Shown here piece after piece: positions 27,801-44,634 of a stretch of 64,000 bases of DNA. The stretch's first letter is position 1. The number at the start of each line of letters is the position of its first letter. Source of the stretch: Macrostomum lignano. Lineage: Eukaryota. The stretch is taken from NCBI GenBank assembly GCA_002269645.1, contig NIVC01000646.1, positions 348,636 through 412,635 on the forward strand, written 5' to 3'. The translations under genes and the position numbers were made by a program. The notes below the pieces were generated by a model. That model saw only the letters and a program-made list of their open reading frames with translations. It searched no databases and was not told the DNA's origin.

Positions 27801-28637
27801 TAGTCTGTCATTGGGACTAACTACTAACAATATGGATAACTTATTATCATTGATTCCATTTTTATTGAAGGGATATTTTCTATTTTATTAGAAAAGTATT
27901 TAAAAAGACATTAAACCCGCATGATTTTTTATTATTTTTCGGGAAATTTTAAGCCTTTCAAGGAAACAAACATTTAGGTCTGCGAGGCCTGTGATTTAAA
28001 TTTAACATTTTTAAACAATTCTAAGCTGTTTTTGAGTCTAATTTAATATTTCGAGAAGTATTAAAACTTTCGCTGTTGTGTATGTTATTTAGATTTCAAT
28101 TTATCCAAAATTCATGAAAAAATATAATTGCAAATGAATGAAAACTTTCTTAACCCGAATTTCTATTGATATTATTAATGCCAAACACTGCTTATTCTTA
28201 GTAAAAGCTGTACGAAGCGCTTAATAAATTTAACTTGATAACTTGCTTGATGATAAATAAATAGATTTTAACCATGCTTGTGCTGCGCAACTTACAGTGC
28301 CCGCCCTCTACTCCAGTATAAGTAATTAAGTGAGTCATTAGCTCCCCAGGTTTATTTTTAAACTTTAAGCATGCGCTTGTTTTCATGTCCTTATGTACTT
28401 TTAGTTACTTGTATTTGCTTCTGTGCTCAATGCCGCCTCACGCTGCCCATTTCGTCTCTAGCCTGGGCTGGCGATCGGTCCTGGTCCGACTGTCTGTGGG
28501 TCAACAACCTCACCCTCATTGGCGCCGGGCTGGCCACCGCTGCCGTGCCCCTGTTAGACAGCTTCACCTCGCTGGCTGTCTGCGCCTGTTGCTATGGAGT
28601 CTTCACCTGTGAGTGTCTGTCTGGCTGTCTGTCCGGC

Positions 28638-28730
<93 letters not shown>

Positions 28731-28733
28731 GAC

Positions 28734-28786
<53 letters not shown>

Positions 28787-28813
28787 GCCTGTCTGTCTGT
28801 CTGTCTGTCTTAG

Positions 28814-28864
<51 letters not shown>

Positions 28865-29493
28865 GTAGCCGCTCATTCATTGCCGCACCCGCCGCCGCAG
28901 CCGCATGGACCTCCCTACGCACCATTCTGGTGGTGGACCTGATGGGCTTGGACCGCCTGACCAACGCCTTCGGCCTCCTCCTGCTGATCCAAGGCGCCGG
29001 CCTGGTCGTCGGGCCACCTTTGACAGCCACCTTCGCTAATGGCTGGGCGCCGGCGGCGGCTCTGGGGCCAGTGGGCGGGCCGGGCCTGGCGGCCTCCTTC
29101 TACGCAGCCGGCGCCCTGCTGGCGCTGTCGGGCCTGGCCGGCTTCCCCCTTCGCGCCCTCAGCCAGTGGGAGGCGGCCAGAGCTGCAAGAGCGGCCGCTG
29201 CTAATAACGACGAGACGGCGTCATACAGCGGCTCGCACAGTTACCATGGCAACAATAACAACTATAGTCCGAATGCCGCCTCCACGTTCTTAGTTGGCGG
29301 GGAGATCGCCGACTATGGCCAGCAGCAGCAGCCGATGCACACGCCGCCTCCAACCATCATTGTCGCTCCCGCCGCAGACTCCGCTGCGTCGACCTCCGCT
29401 GCCCCGGCTACTGGAATCGAACCCCTGACCTATCACGACCAGTTCCCGGCGCACGAGCCGCCGCCGCTTGAAGAGATCGAGAGTCGGATTTGA
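12713..29493 (+). CDS. SLC16A: Monocarboxylate transporter (SLC16/MCT, MFS), 8 exons, 881 aa
   Basis: Exons 12713-13094, 16409-16552, 21879-22237, 22945-23532, 25449-25758, 26214-26336, 28462-28608, 28901-29493; all GT-AG, phases join (2646 nt). Motifs [77 protein letters not shown]. Paralogue not assignable. Confidence 0.92.
13140..14430. repeat. (TAGT/CAGT)n tetranucleotide array, MCT intron 1
   Basis: Continuous AGTT/AGTC units. Confidence 0.95.
15170..16190. repeat. CTGT/CTTAGTGT compound microsatellite, MCT intron 1
   Basis: 12-bp GTCTGTCTTAGT-type units mixed with (CTGT)n. Confidence 0.95.
16590..19200. repeat. 44-bp (22+22 dimer) satellite, MCT intron 2
   Basis: AGGTTCTAGTAAATCTGTCACTCTGGTTCATGTAGGTCTGTCACTC; both halves end in TCTGTCACTC; degenerate 22-bp monomers at both edges. 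Confidence 0.95.
19890..20940. repeat. C/T-rich ~28-bp minisatellite, MCT intron 2
   Basis: CTCTTCACCCTCCATCTCCTCTCAA-type units. Confidence 0.9.
21440..21850. repeat. (CTGT)n ending just before MCT exon 3 acceptor
   Basis: Tetranucleotide array; acceptor AG at 21877-21878. Confidence 0.95.
22295..22900. repeat. ~21-22-bp degenerate minisatellite, MCT intron 3
   Basis: CAGATTCCCCACTAGCCAGTCCT units. Confidence 0.9.
23575..25412. repeat. 30-bp satellite (~61 copies) filling MCT intron 4
   Basis: GTGAACGGTAGCATGGTGACCCTGAACAAAACAGTCACA period 30; source of three spurious long ORFs. Confidence 0.95.
25805..26160. repeat. 20-bp minisatellite, MCT intron 5
   Basis: GAGCGATTCAGGTGGGTTAT units. 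Confidence 0.95.
27185..27590. repeat. Complex ~82-bp repeat, MCT intron 6
   Basis: Recurring AGATTGGGCCTGCCCCCTAGGCTGAGTTTCGTCCCCGTCTGACTTTGACC. Confidence 0.8.
28615..28865. repeat. (CTGT)n occupying most of MCT intron 7
   Basis: Starts directly after the GTGAGT donor at 28609. Confidence 0.95.
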
Positions 29494-32019
29494 TCAGCTG
29501 TCCGGCTCTGCATGTCCTTCTGGTTTTGTGCGCGGCATTTGTCTCTCTCTCACTCACTGTATGCGAGAGATGTTGATCAGCTGTCCTGTCTATATCATTC
29601 AAACTTGTCATTTAGTGCCTGTTTTTAATCATCCAGGCAAACGTGCAAAATTGTATCTAAAAAAGCGAAATGCTTTTGATCAATGTACAAGCGTAGAAAT
29701 TGAATTCTTTTATTTGCATATCGCTTTTGGGCTACTTGCAGTAGCTTTGTTTGACTTGCTGGTCCAATACTTACTGATTTGATAATAAGTAAATCTGTTG
29801 CTAGATTAATTTCTTCTTTTCAGCTAATGTGGATGCGTATTTAATTAGTTCTTTTTTATCTGCTTTGTATCGCTTTTCACTGCTGTGTCTTCTGACTTCT
29901 ATACTCTCTCTCTCTCTCTCTCCCACAACCAACGCTGAGGCAACCCAGGTGTACAGCGGCCCTTGCGAATTTCCAATCGTCAGGCATGTACACTCTGTGC
30001 CTTTGGGGCTGACCCTCATGCCCGTTGAAAAATTCACCGTGACCAAAATCGCTAAAAAGTTATTTTAAGCAACCCACTAGCGTGACTCTAGCGAGTCTGG
30101 GGTGACTCTCGTGATTTTTTAACGACTTAAACGACTGCGATGCGACGGAAAGGAAACCCTTGAGTCACGAGCGCATTGCGTGGGTTGCAGAATCGTAAAA
30201 AAGTCATTGTGTTAGCGCCACGGATACTTGAAAAACTAGATGGGCCACTCAGCACATTTGCGTGCAAGCTACTTTCAGTTCAGTAGTAAATTAAACAGAA
30301 GCATTTTAATCTATTTTTAAAGCCAAGTCTCATTCATTGGCTCTTAAACCCCATCATGCACCCCCAGCCGCGCCTTTCCACGCTACCCCCACCCGCCCCA
30401 ATTTTATTGCCTTCCTCTGAATTCCAGCCTAAAGCTGCCATGTACATTTCAGTGGACTGGCTAATGTACATTACTGCTGAACCAATTAGCAAGTTGTTTA
30501 CGCCTGCAAGCTTGGGCTTCTAAACTTATCAAAGTTAGTTCAGCTGCCTTCTTATAAAAATAGCTTATGTATTCTTCTTTGCTACTGAACTGAAAGTAGA
30601 AAGCTGTTTTGCTAAGTATATACGCCTGAGTGGCTCATCTAGTCATTCTAGAATCTGTGGTTAGCGCTTAACTTTCTACTAACTCAAGTAGACTACGAGC
30701 CGTACAATAAAATACCTCAAATTTAAATTTTTGATATTGTCGTTTTAGAGTCCTCTAGAGTCACTTCTTTCTTATTTTACCTGTGTTGAAGTGCGAGAGT
30801 CAGATGCGGTTACCGCTGAGCTCTTCCCCCCCCTCAAATGTGTCCTCTCTGTCTGTCTTCGTATTCCCCAGCCTCTCTCTCTACCTGTCTGTCCTACTTG
30901 TCATGAAAGTCGCGCGCATTCTCAGAGTCAGCTGCTTTCTCGCATTGCTACCTTTTACACTGGCGAGCATGATTTTATAGTATAAAAATCCACTGCAGGC
31001 TCTAGCAGTGCTTTAGTCTTCGTAATGTTTTTCATTTCCCGTATACCGTATATACTTTATATGTTTTATTTTTTTTACTTTTCCAAAGAAGAATTATTAC
31101 CAACTCAGAGCTGCGTCATTAGGTCTAATGAATAATTGGCTCTGCCTACCTCTGTCTCACTTGTGCGAGTTGCAGAGGACCAAATATTCATTGTAGTTTT
31201 GAGTACCTTTGGTACGCCATTTTTGTAATCAAACACGTAATTTTTTACTATTAGGCGTTCTATATTTTTACTAGCTAAAATTCAACCTAAGTCCTGAACT
31301 CTTCATAAAATCAATGCTTTCCTTTGTTCATCCGTTGCTTGTTGTTTGTGTTATGCTTGTCATATTTTAGATGAAGATGAATTTCTTATTCTTATTACAA
31401 TTTCGCACAGTTTTTGCTTTCATTGCTACTAATAGCTATTTAGTAGTGTTAAGCGTATGGACTTACGAGCTATATATTCAAGTATTCTTGTAATTGGTAT
31501 TTTTGCGCAATAATGTACGGGTCGGATCAAACTGTGCAGGTTGTGAAATTCCAGGTTTTTTTTCATATTTTATCATTTTCTACGAGTAAGCATCAGTACA
31601 CACAGGACCGCCGCGTGCGTACTCATTCGGTCACTCGCATTCGTTTATTACCCTACTATCTTAGTAGTATATGCGACTTTACAGTGTATTATTTGACTTT
31701 GAAATGCGCGGTTCAGTGAAAACTGAATGATAGCTGAATTTTTTGGTCTCTGCAATAAACAAGCTAGTGTATCAACAGTGTATCAATTATATCAATATAA
31801 TATTTCATAAAGCTGTTATTTAAGTGAGAGCAGCTCTCTTGCCTGAGTGCTCAACCCGCGTTAATGTGGATTTTCTACCTCTACTCAGTGCCGTTTCTCA
31901 ATTGTGCATCATATGCTGTTGAAACACCAAGCCTAAGTAGTATGCTTGTGTAATAAGGTGCTCACAATTAGAGTCTGTTACCAGTTCATGTTCACATTCT
32001 TGAGCACACAGCATACTCC

Positions 32020-33445
32020 CTGCAGCACATCCTTGAGTACGTCACACTCTGCAGCACATCTTTGAGTACGTCACACTCTGCAGCACATCCTTGAGTACGT
32101 CACACTCTGCAGCACATCCTTGAGTACGTCACACTCTGCAGCACATCCTTGAGTACGTCACACTCTGCAGCACATCTTTGAGTACGTCACACTCTGCAGC
32201 ACATCCTTGAGTACGTCACACTCTGCAGCACATCCTTGAGTACGTCACACTCTGCAGCACATCCTTGAGTACGTCACACTCTGCAGCACATCCTTGAGTA
32301 CGTCACACTCTGCAGCACATCCTTGAGTACGTCACACTCTATGAAGCACATCCTGAGTACGTCACACTCTGCAATACATCTTTGAGTACGTCAGACCCTC
32401 TGTAATACATCTTTGAGTACGTCAGACCCTCTGTAATACATCTTTGAGTACGTCACATCCTCTGTAATACATCTTTGAGTACGTCACACTCTGCAGCACA
32501 TCCTTGAGTACGTCACACTCTGCAGCACATCCTTGAGTACGTCACACTCTGCAACACATCCTTGAGTACGTCACACTCTCTGCAACATCCTTGAGTACGT
32601 CACACTCTATGAAGCACATCCTGAGTACGTCACACTCTCTGTAATACATCCTTGAATAGGTCACATTCTATGAAGCACATCCTTGAGTACTTCACACTCT
32701 CTGCAGCACATCCTAGAGTACTTCACACTCTCTGAAATACATCCTTGAGTACTTCACACTCTCGGCAGCACATCCTTGACCTTGAGTACTTCACACTCTC
32801 TGCAGCACATCCTAGAGTACTTCACACTCTCTGCAGCACATCCTTGAGTACTTCACACTCTCTGAAATACATCCTTGAGTACTTCACACTCTCGGCAGCA
32901 CATCCTTGAGTACTTCACACTCTCTGAAATACATCCTTGAGTACTTCACACTCTCGGCAGCACATCCTTGAGTACTTCACACTCTCTGCAGCACATCCTT
33001 GAGTACTTCACACTCTGCAGCACATCCTTGAGTACGTCACTCTCTGCAACATCCTTGAGTACGTCACACTCTGCAGCACATCCTTGAGTACGTCACTCTC
33101 TGCAACATCCTTGAGTACGTCACACTCTGAAATACATCCTTGAGTACTTCACACTCTCGGCAGCACATCCTTGAGTACTTCACACTCTCTGCAGCACATC
33201 CTTGAGTACGTCACACTCTGCAGCACATCCTTGAGTACGTCACACTCTCTGCAACATCCTTGAGTACGTCACACTCTATGAAGCACATCCTGAGTACGTC
33301 ACACTCTCTGCAACATCCTTGAGTACGTCACATTCTATGAAGCACATCCTTGAGTACTTCACACTCTCTGCAGCACATCCTTGAGTACGTCACACTCTGC
33401 AGCACATCCTTGAGTACGTCACACTCTCGGCAGCACATCCTTGAG
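32020..33445. repeat. 27-29-bp minisatellite upstream of the PGAP2-like gene
   Basis: CACTCTGCAGCACATCCTTGAGTACGTCA units, ending ~80 bp before the ATG. Confidence 0.95.
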
Positions 33446-33525
33446 TTTTACGGCTAAGACAGCCGCTGTTTATCGGCATTTCAGGCCCGCCTGTAACTGC
33501 AGTGCGCAGCAGAGAGTTACTTAAC

Positions 33526-37155
<3,630 letters not shown>

Positions 37156-37182
37156 TCAGCGGCTGGACTGCTGTGTGACGAT

Positions 37183-38740
37183 CCCTGATGATCACTGATG
37201 ATCACTGATGATCACTGATGATCCTTGATGATTCCTGATGATCCCTGATGATCACTGATGATCCTTGATGATCCCTGATGATCCCTGATGATCACTGATG
37301 ATCCTTGACGATCCCTGATGATCCCTGATGATCACGGATGATCCTTGATGATTCCTGATGATCCCTGATGATCACTGATGATCCTTGATGATCCCTGATG
37401 ATCACTGATGATCATTGATGATTCCTGATGATCCCTGATGATCACTGATGATCACTGATGATCCTTGATGATCATTGATGATCCCTGATGATCCCTGATG
37501 ATCACTGATGATCCTTGATGATTCCTGATGATCCCTGATGATCACTGATGATCCTTGATGATCCCTGATGATCCCTGATGATCACTGATGATCCTTGATG
37601 ATTCCTGATGATCCCTGATGATCACTGATGATCACTGATGATCATTGATGATCCCTGATGATCCCTGATGATCACTGATGATACTTGATGATCATCGATG
37701 ATCACTGATGATTCCTGATGATCACTGATGATCCTTGATGATTCCTGATGATCCCTGATGATCCCTCATGATCCCTGATGATCCTTGATGATTCCTGATG
37801 ATCCCTGATGATCCCTGATGATCCTTGATGATCACTGATGATCCCTGATGATTCCTGATGATCACTGATGATCACTGATGATCACTGATGATCCTTGATG
37901 ATCACTGATGATCCCTGATGATCCCTGATGATCACTGATGATACTTGATGATCATCGATGATCACTGATGACTCCTGATGATCACTGATGATCCTTGATG
38001 ATTCCTGATGATCCCTGATGATCCCTCATGATCCCTGATGATCCTTGATGATCCCTGATGATCCTTGATGATCACTGATGATCCCTGATGATCCCTGATG
38101 ATCACTGATGATCCCTGATGATCCCTGATGATCCCTGATGATCCCTGATTATCACTGATGATCACTGATGATCCCTGATGATCCTTGATGATTCCTGATG
38201 ATCCCTCATGATCCCTGATGATCCCTGATGTTCTTTGATGATCCTTGACGATCCCTGATGTTTTTCGATAATCCCTAATGATCCCTGATGATCACTGATG
38301 ATCCTTGATGATCACTGATGATCCCTGATGATTCCTGATGATCCCTGATGATTACTGATGATTCCTGATGATCACTGATGATTACTGATGATCCCTGATG
38401 ATCCCTGATGATCCCTGATGATCCTTGATGATCACTAATGATCCCTGATGATTCCTGATGATCCCTGATGATTACTGATGATTCCTGATGATCACTGATG
38501 ATTACTGATGATCACTGATGATCACTGATGATCCCTGATGTTCTTTGATGATCCTTGACGATCCCTAATGTTTTTCGATAATCCCTTATGTTCCCTAATG
38601 ATCACTGATGATCACTAATGTTCTTTGATGATCCCTGATGTTCTTTGATGATCCCTGATGTTCTTTGATGATCCCTGATGTTCTTTGATAGTCCCTGACG
38701 ATCCCTGATAATCCTTTATGTTCCCTGTTGTGATGATCCC
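37183..38740. repeat. 10-bp satellite (ATCCCTGATG/ATCACTGATG)
   Basis: ~150 degenerate decamers immediately after the PGAP2-like stop. Confidence 0.95.
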
Positions 38741-38757
38741 TACCTGATCTGGTCTCT

Positions 38758-38937
<180 letters not shown>

Positions 38938-39589
38938 TTCTTAGTGGCAGTTTAGTGTGCCTGTCTGTCTTCAATGTATTAATATGTAATATTGTATAAA
39001 TGTATGAATATCGATTCTGTCTACAATCGTATCTATCCTTTTCATGCCACACGTGATTGTAGTTAAGTGTCTGAGCGTATAGAGTGGCGTGTCATAATTA
39101 ATTTCGCTCGCACAATAGTATTTTTGATGATGACATTAGTTGTCATCATATTTACTAATCCATAGTCGAATATTCGATTTTTATCGCAGCAAAAGCTTAG
39201 CCTTCCTTACTTTATTAATGCGCCGATTTTATTAACTGATTTTTGCGCCGTCTCGTGATTCACTTTGTTGTTTTCTTCCGCGGGTGACCTGTTGGCTAAT
39301 CTGTTTTTGGATATTATGTTATCGATTCGAGTCAGCTTTTATTTGTTGCATATTATTTAATTTATTTGATTCGTGCATCTGTCTCTCTGGCTTATTTTAT
39401 GTCCTTAAATTGCTACTTTGCAATAAATTATAAGTAGCGTATTGCGGTCTTGCTAAATAGAGGGAGTATTATAATTTTTATTTTGGTTTTTGGAGGACCA
39501 GTTTGTATTTGGAAATCTTTGTTTTCACGCATTTTCTGCTCGTTATTTTCTTTTTATCTAATCCGATTTTTCTTGACCCACTTCTCTCC

Positions 39590-40097
39590 CGATTGACCCG
39601 GTTTGAATCATGAGCTGACCCACCTCTCTCCGAGATTGACCCGGTTTGAATCATGAGCTGACCCACCTCTCCGAGATTGACCCAGTCTGAATCATGAGCT
39701 GACCCACCTCTCTCCGAGATTGACCCAGTTTGAATCATGAGCTGACCCACCTCTCTCCGAGATTGACCCAGTCTGAATCATGAGCTGACCCACCTCTCTC
39801 CGAGATTGACCCACTCTGAATCATGAGCTGACCCACCTCTCTCCGAGATTGACCCAGTTTGAATCATGAGCTGACCCACCTCTCTCCGAGATTGACCCAG
39901 TTTGAATCATGAGCTGACCCACCTCTCTCCGAGATTGACCCAGTTTGAATCATGAGCTGACCCACCTCTCTCCGAGATTGACCCAGTTTGAATCATGAGC
40001 TGACCCACCTCTCTCCGAGATTGACCCAGTTTGAATCATGAGCTGACCCACCTCTCTCCGAGATTGACCCAGTTTGAATCATGAGCTGACCCACCTC
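39590..40097. repeat. 43-bp minisatellite
   Basis: GAGATTGACCCAGTTTGAATCATGAGCTGACCCACCTCTCTCC, ~12 copies, no spacers. Confidence 0.95.
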
Positions 40098-40729
40098 TGC
40101 AACAGTTTGATTTCTTTGATTTCCTCCTTGTAGCGGCGATCTCTAACTGGTTGCTAGGGTGTAATCCCGTGAATCGCAAGTACAATGAGCCATTCATTCT
40201 ACTGCTCAGATGTGCAATAAAAAGCTTTGCCAGCCTCATCTGTCATGAGCTATAATTGAAGGCCAGGCTGGCAAGCCTATCAGATGCGGAAGCGGACTTG
40301 ACTCAGCTGCGGTATCCGTGTTTGTTTGATTGCCGCTTTTATTCCGCGTGCAAGGATTATTTGTGTGGGTGGCTGGATGCCACCGGAGAGCACTTTAACG
40401 AGCCCTCGGGTTAGCCGTCCCTAATCCTTCATCCTTCATCACCGTCATGCAGGCGCGCCTTTCTTCCGGTGACGCCCCATGGCTTATAGTGTGGCAACGC
40501 CCTCTTGGAAACCGCAGTTGGATCAAGCTGAACATTGGCGATGATTGAGAGAGCCTGGGTGGGGGGTAGCCTGTATATAAATATTTCTACTTGCAACTCT
40601 TCAATTTTGGCGCTTTGCGGAGGAAATCTACTCAAAACTGAGCGCCAATCCGCCATTCAGTTTGACGCTTAGTGGGTAAGTGAGTCGCACCTGAAGTTAC
40701 AGCGCACTTGTTCTAATTTTCTCAATTGA

Positions 40730-42092
40730 TCCCTGACCCCCACTCCACCACCCTGACCCCCATTCCAGCCCACTGACCCTTACTCCAGCACCCTGACCCC
40801 TACTCCACACTAACCCCACTCCACCACCCTGACCCCCATTCCAGCCCACTGACCCCTACTCCAGCACCCTGACCCCTACTCCACACTAACCCCACTCCAC
40901 CATCCTGACCCCCATTCCAGCCCACTGACCCCTACTCCACCACCCTGACCCCCATTCCAGCCCACTGACCCCTACTCCAGCACCCTGACCCCCACTCCAG
41001 CACACTAACCCCACTCCAACACCCTGACCCCACTCCAACACCCCCATTCCAGCCCCCTGACCCCACTTCAGCACCCTGACCCCACTCCAACATCCTGAAC
41101 CCACTCCAGCACCCTGACCCCACTCCAGCACCCTGACCCCTACTCCAGCACCCTGACCCCACTCCAACACCCTGACCCCTACTCCAGCACCCTAACCCCA
41201 CTCCAGCACCCTGACCCCACTCCAACATCCTGACCCCACTCCAGCACCCTGACCCCACTCCAGCACCCTGACCCCACTCCAACACCCTGAACCCACTCCA
41301 GCACCCTGACCCCAATTCCAGCCCCCTGACCCCCACTCCAGCACACTAACCCCCACTCCAATACCCTGACCCCCACTCCAACACCCTGACCCCTACTCCA
41401 GCACCCTGACGCCACTCCAACACCCTGACCCCTACTCCAGCACCCTGATCCCACTCCAACACCCTGACCCCTACTCCAGCACCCTGACCCCACTCCAGCA
41501 CCCTGACCCCACTTCAGCACCCTGACCCCACTCCAACATCCTGACCCCTACTCCAGCACCCTGACCCCACTCCAGCACCCTGACCCCACTCCAACATCCT
41601 GACCCCTACTCCAGCACCCTAACCCCACTCCAGCACCCTGACCCCACTCCAGCACCCTGACCCCACTCCAGCACTCTGACCCCACTCCAGCACCCTAACC
41701 CCACTCCAACACCCTGACCCGACTCCAACATCCTGACCCCTACTCCAGCACCCTGACGCCACTCCAACACCCTGACCCTACTCCCACACCCTGACCCCTA
41801 CTCCAGCACCCTGACCCCACTCCAGCACCCTGACCCCTACTCCAACACCCTGACCCCTACTCCAACACCCTGACCCCTACTCCAGCACCCTGACCCCACT
41901 CCAACACCCTGACCCCACTCCAGCACCCTGACCCCACTCCAGCACCCTGACCCCACTCCAGCACCCTGACCCCACTCCAGCACCCTGACCCCTACTCCAG
42001 CACCCTGACCCCACTCCAGCACCCTGACCCCTACTCCAGCACCCTGACCCCACTCCAGCACCCTGACCCCTACTCCAGCACCCTGACCCCCC
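40730..42092. repeat. 19-20-bp C-rich minisatellite upstream of METTL7-like coding exon
   Basis: ACCCTGACCCCACTCCAGC units; lies between a GTAAGT donor (40676) and an acceptor CCCGCAG (~42108), probably a 5'-UTR intron. Confidence 0.9.
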
Positions 42093-42122
42093 ACTCTAAC
42101 AACCCGCAGGGTCCTGAGCACA

Positions 42123-44528
42123 ATGTTGCACCTGTCTGACTGCTCGCTTGTATCATCAACCATCGCCGCCGCGGTGTTCCTCCTCGGCGCCGTGGTCCTG
42201 CTGTACAGCCGCCACCGCGCCGAGGTGTACGCCCACCTGATGGACCGGATTTCCCGCGCCTACAACGCTCTCTGCTGGGACCGGAAGCGGAAGCTGTTCG
42301 CCTGCCTCGGCGACAGATTCTCCGGGCGCCGCTTCATCCGCGTCCTGGAGGTTGGCGGCGGGTCCGGGGCGAACTTCGCCTTCATGACGGCTGCGTTTCC
42401 CGGCCGCATCTTCCTGTCCGTTGTGGACCCCTGTCTGGCAACCCGGCCCTACCTGCTGTCCGAGGTCGCCAGGTGGCCGAGCATTCGGCTGGAGCGGCAC
42501 CTAGTCCGCGGCGCCGAAGATCTGGTCGACGCTTTTCCCGACGAATCTTTCGACGCTGTTGTGGGCACGTTTGTGCTGTGCTCCGTGCGGGACACCGACC
42601 GAGTGTTGGGGGAGATTGCCCGCGTGCTCAAGCCAGTGCGTGCTCTCTTTCCCTGTTGCCATGCGGGTTCTATGCTGGTTGCTATGTGGTTTCTTTGCGG
42701 TTTCTTTACTGGTTTGTTATGCAGTTTCTATGCCGGTTGCTATGCGGTTTCTACGAGGGGCACTATTAAAGTTCTGAGCCTTAATATGAAAGAGAGGAGA
42801 TATGGGCAAAGTGAGATCAGCTTTTCTCAACATAGTCTCCCCCAACCAAGATGCACTTATGGCATCTTGATCGCAGCGCCTCAATGCCACTCTGGAAGAA
42901 TTGCACCGAGCAGCCCTCAAACCAAGCAGTTGCAGCATCCTTCAGTGCATCATCAGTGTCAAATCGCTGTCCACGGAGCGCCCGCTTGAGATGTGGAAAC
43001 AGGTGGAAGTTGCTCGGGGCCAGGTCTGGTGAATAGGCTGGGTGCGGCAGCTCTCGAAACCCTGCGACACTGACAGCAGCCTTGGCAATCCTGCTAGTGT
43101 GGGCCGGTGCATTGTCGTGCAGCAGCACAACACCTCGGCTCAGCATCCCTCGCCTATTTTCCTTGATTGCCTCGCGCAGACGGGCGATCAGGTCAGCGTA
43201 GTAGGCGCCTGTGACTGTCTGCTTGTGCGGTAGAAAGTCCAGCAGCAGCGGGCCCTTGGCATCCCAGAAGACGGTGAGCATAATCTTGCCCGCACTGCAT
43301 GCAGTCCGTGCCTTCAGTGGTGCAGGTGAACCAACTGGCAGCCACTGCTTGGACTCCTGCTTGGACTCGGGATCGTGGTGATGGATCCACGTCTCATCCC
43401 CGGTCACGCAGCAGGACAGAAAGTTGGCAGGGTCCGGATCGTAGGAGTCCAGGACAAGCTTTGAGTACTGCACCCGTGCGGTCTTTTGGTCCCTTGTCAA
43501 GATTCGTGGGATCCATCTGGCAGAAACCTTGGACAGATGAAGATGCTGGTGCAGGATCTCAATGACTTGCGGGTCAGAGAGTCCAGTGTCTGCCGCAAGT
43601 TCCCTAACTTTCACCCGCTGGTCACTGTCAACCAGAGCCTGGATGCGCTGGATGTTGTCGGCAGTGACAGCAGTCCGGGGTCGTCCACATCGGGGGTCAT
43701 CTTCGAGCGAGTCGCGGCCACGCTTGAACTCGGCTGCCCAGCGCTTTATGGTGGCGTATGAGGGGGCAGCGTCAGCGTACACACTAGCCATGCGGCTTTG
43801 AATTTCAGCAGGCTTTGAGCCCTCCCGAGTCAGAAATTTAATCACTGCCCTGTGCTCAAGCTTCAATTCTTGAGAAAATGCCATGGGGTGCTGGAAATAA
43901 AATGGTGCAGTGGGACTTAGGGAATGCAGAAAATTCTGAAAAGTTGACAATAGACTATTAACATATGGCGCTTTTAGAGCCTAAAGTTTCAACACTTTGC
44001 CACTATAAGATCTTGGTCAGGCTCAGAACTTTAATAGTGCCCCTCGTATGCTGGTTGCTATGCGGTTTCTATGCCGGTTGCTATGCGGTTTTTATGCTGG
44101 TTGTTATGCGACTCCTATGCTGGTTGCTATGCGGATTCCATGCTGGTTGCTATGCGGTTTCTATGCTGGTTCTTATGCGACTTCTATACTGGTTGCTATG
44201 TGGTTTTTTTGCTTGGTTTCGGTGCCGTTTCACACTGGTTGCTATGCGGTTTCCATGCTGGTTTCTATGCGCGATATCGACAATCCCGCAGAACGGCGTG
44301 TTCATCTTTCTGGAGCACGTAGCCTCTTCTCGGCGTTGGGCTCGGCTGGTCCAGTGGCTCTGCCAGCCCGCCTGGTCGCTGCTGTTCTGTGAATGCCGCC
44401 TGCTGAACAAGCCGGAGGCCAGTCTCGACGGCGCCGGCTTCAGCCAGTTGAACTACGGGCGCAACTGGGACATGCCGCTGCATGCGCTGCTGGTGCAGGA
44501 GCAGCTGGAGGGCTTTGCGGTCAAGTAG
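42123..44528 (+). CDS. METTL7: SAM-dependent methyltransferase, METTL7A/B (TMT1)-like, 2 coding exons, 249 aa
   Basis: Exons 42123-42635 and 44292-44528, phase 0; N-terminal hydrophobic segment, RKRKLF, VLEVGGGSGANF (motif I), SFDAVVGTFVLCSV, RVLKP|NGVFIFLEHV. Confidence 0.9.
42754..44046 (-). mobile_element. Full-length mariner (Tc1/mariner) transposon, 1293 bp
   Basis: Perfect 28-bp TIRs CGAGGGGCACTATTAAAGTTCTGAGCCT; TA duplication at 42752-42753 and 44047-44048; inside the METTL7-like intron. Confidence 0.97.
42817..43884 (-). CDS. Mariner transposase, 355 aa, uninterrupted ORF, third catalytic residue is N
   Basis: Likely start MAFSQELK at 43884; HTH region, WIPRIL, VTGDETW, LLHDNAPAH, YSPDLAPSNFHLF. 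Confidence 0.95.
   Translation of the reverse strand: MAFSQELKLEHRAVIKFLTREGSKPAEIQSRMASVYADAAPSYATIKRWAAEFKRGRDSLEDDPRCGRPRTAVTADNIQRIQALVDSDQRVKVRELAADTGLSDPQVIEILHQHLHLSKVSARWIPRILTRDQKTARVQYSKLVLDSYDPDPANFLSCCVTGDETWIHHHDPESKQESKQWLPVGSPAPLKARTACSAGKIMLTVFWDAKGPLLLDFLPHKQTVTGAYYADLIARLREAIKENRRGMLSRGVVLLHDNAPAHTSRIAKAAVSVAGFRELPHPAYSPDLAPSNFHLFPHLKRALRGQRFDTDDALKDAATAWFEGCSVQFFQSGIEALRSRCHKCILVGGDYVEKS
44047..44270. repeat. ~21-bp minisatellite split by the mariner (other part 42660-42751)
   Basis: TATGCGGTTTCTATGCTGGTTGC units on both sides of the insertion. Confidence 0.9.
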
Positions 44529-44634
44529 CTGAGTAGCTCAACCTATGGAATATGGAATTAGCCAGTTATGGAGGTGTACCGTGTATTGCAATTGGCTGCA
44601 GAAATATGGAGACACCTGGTGTGTCTGCCCTGCG

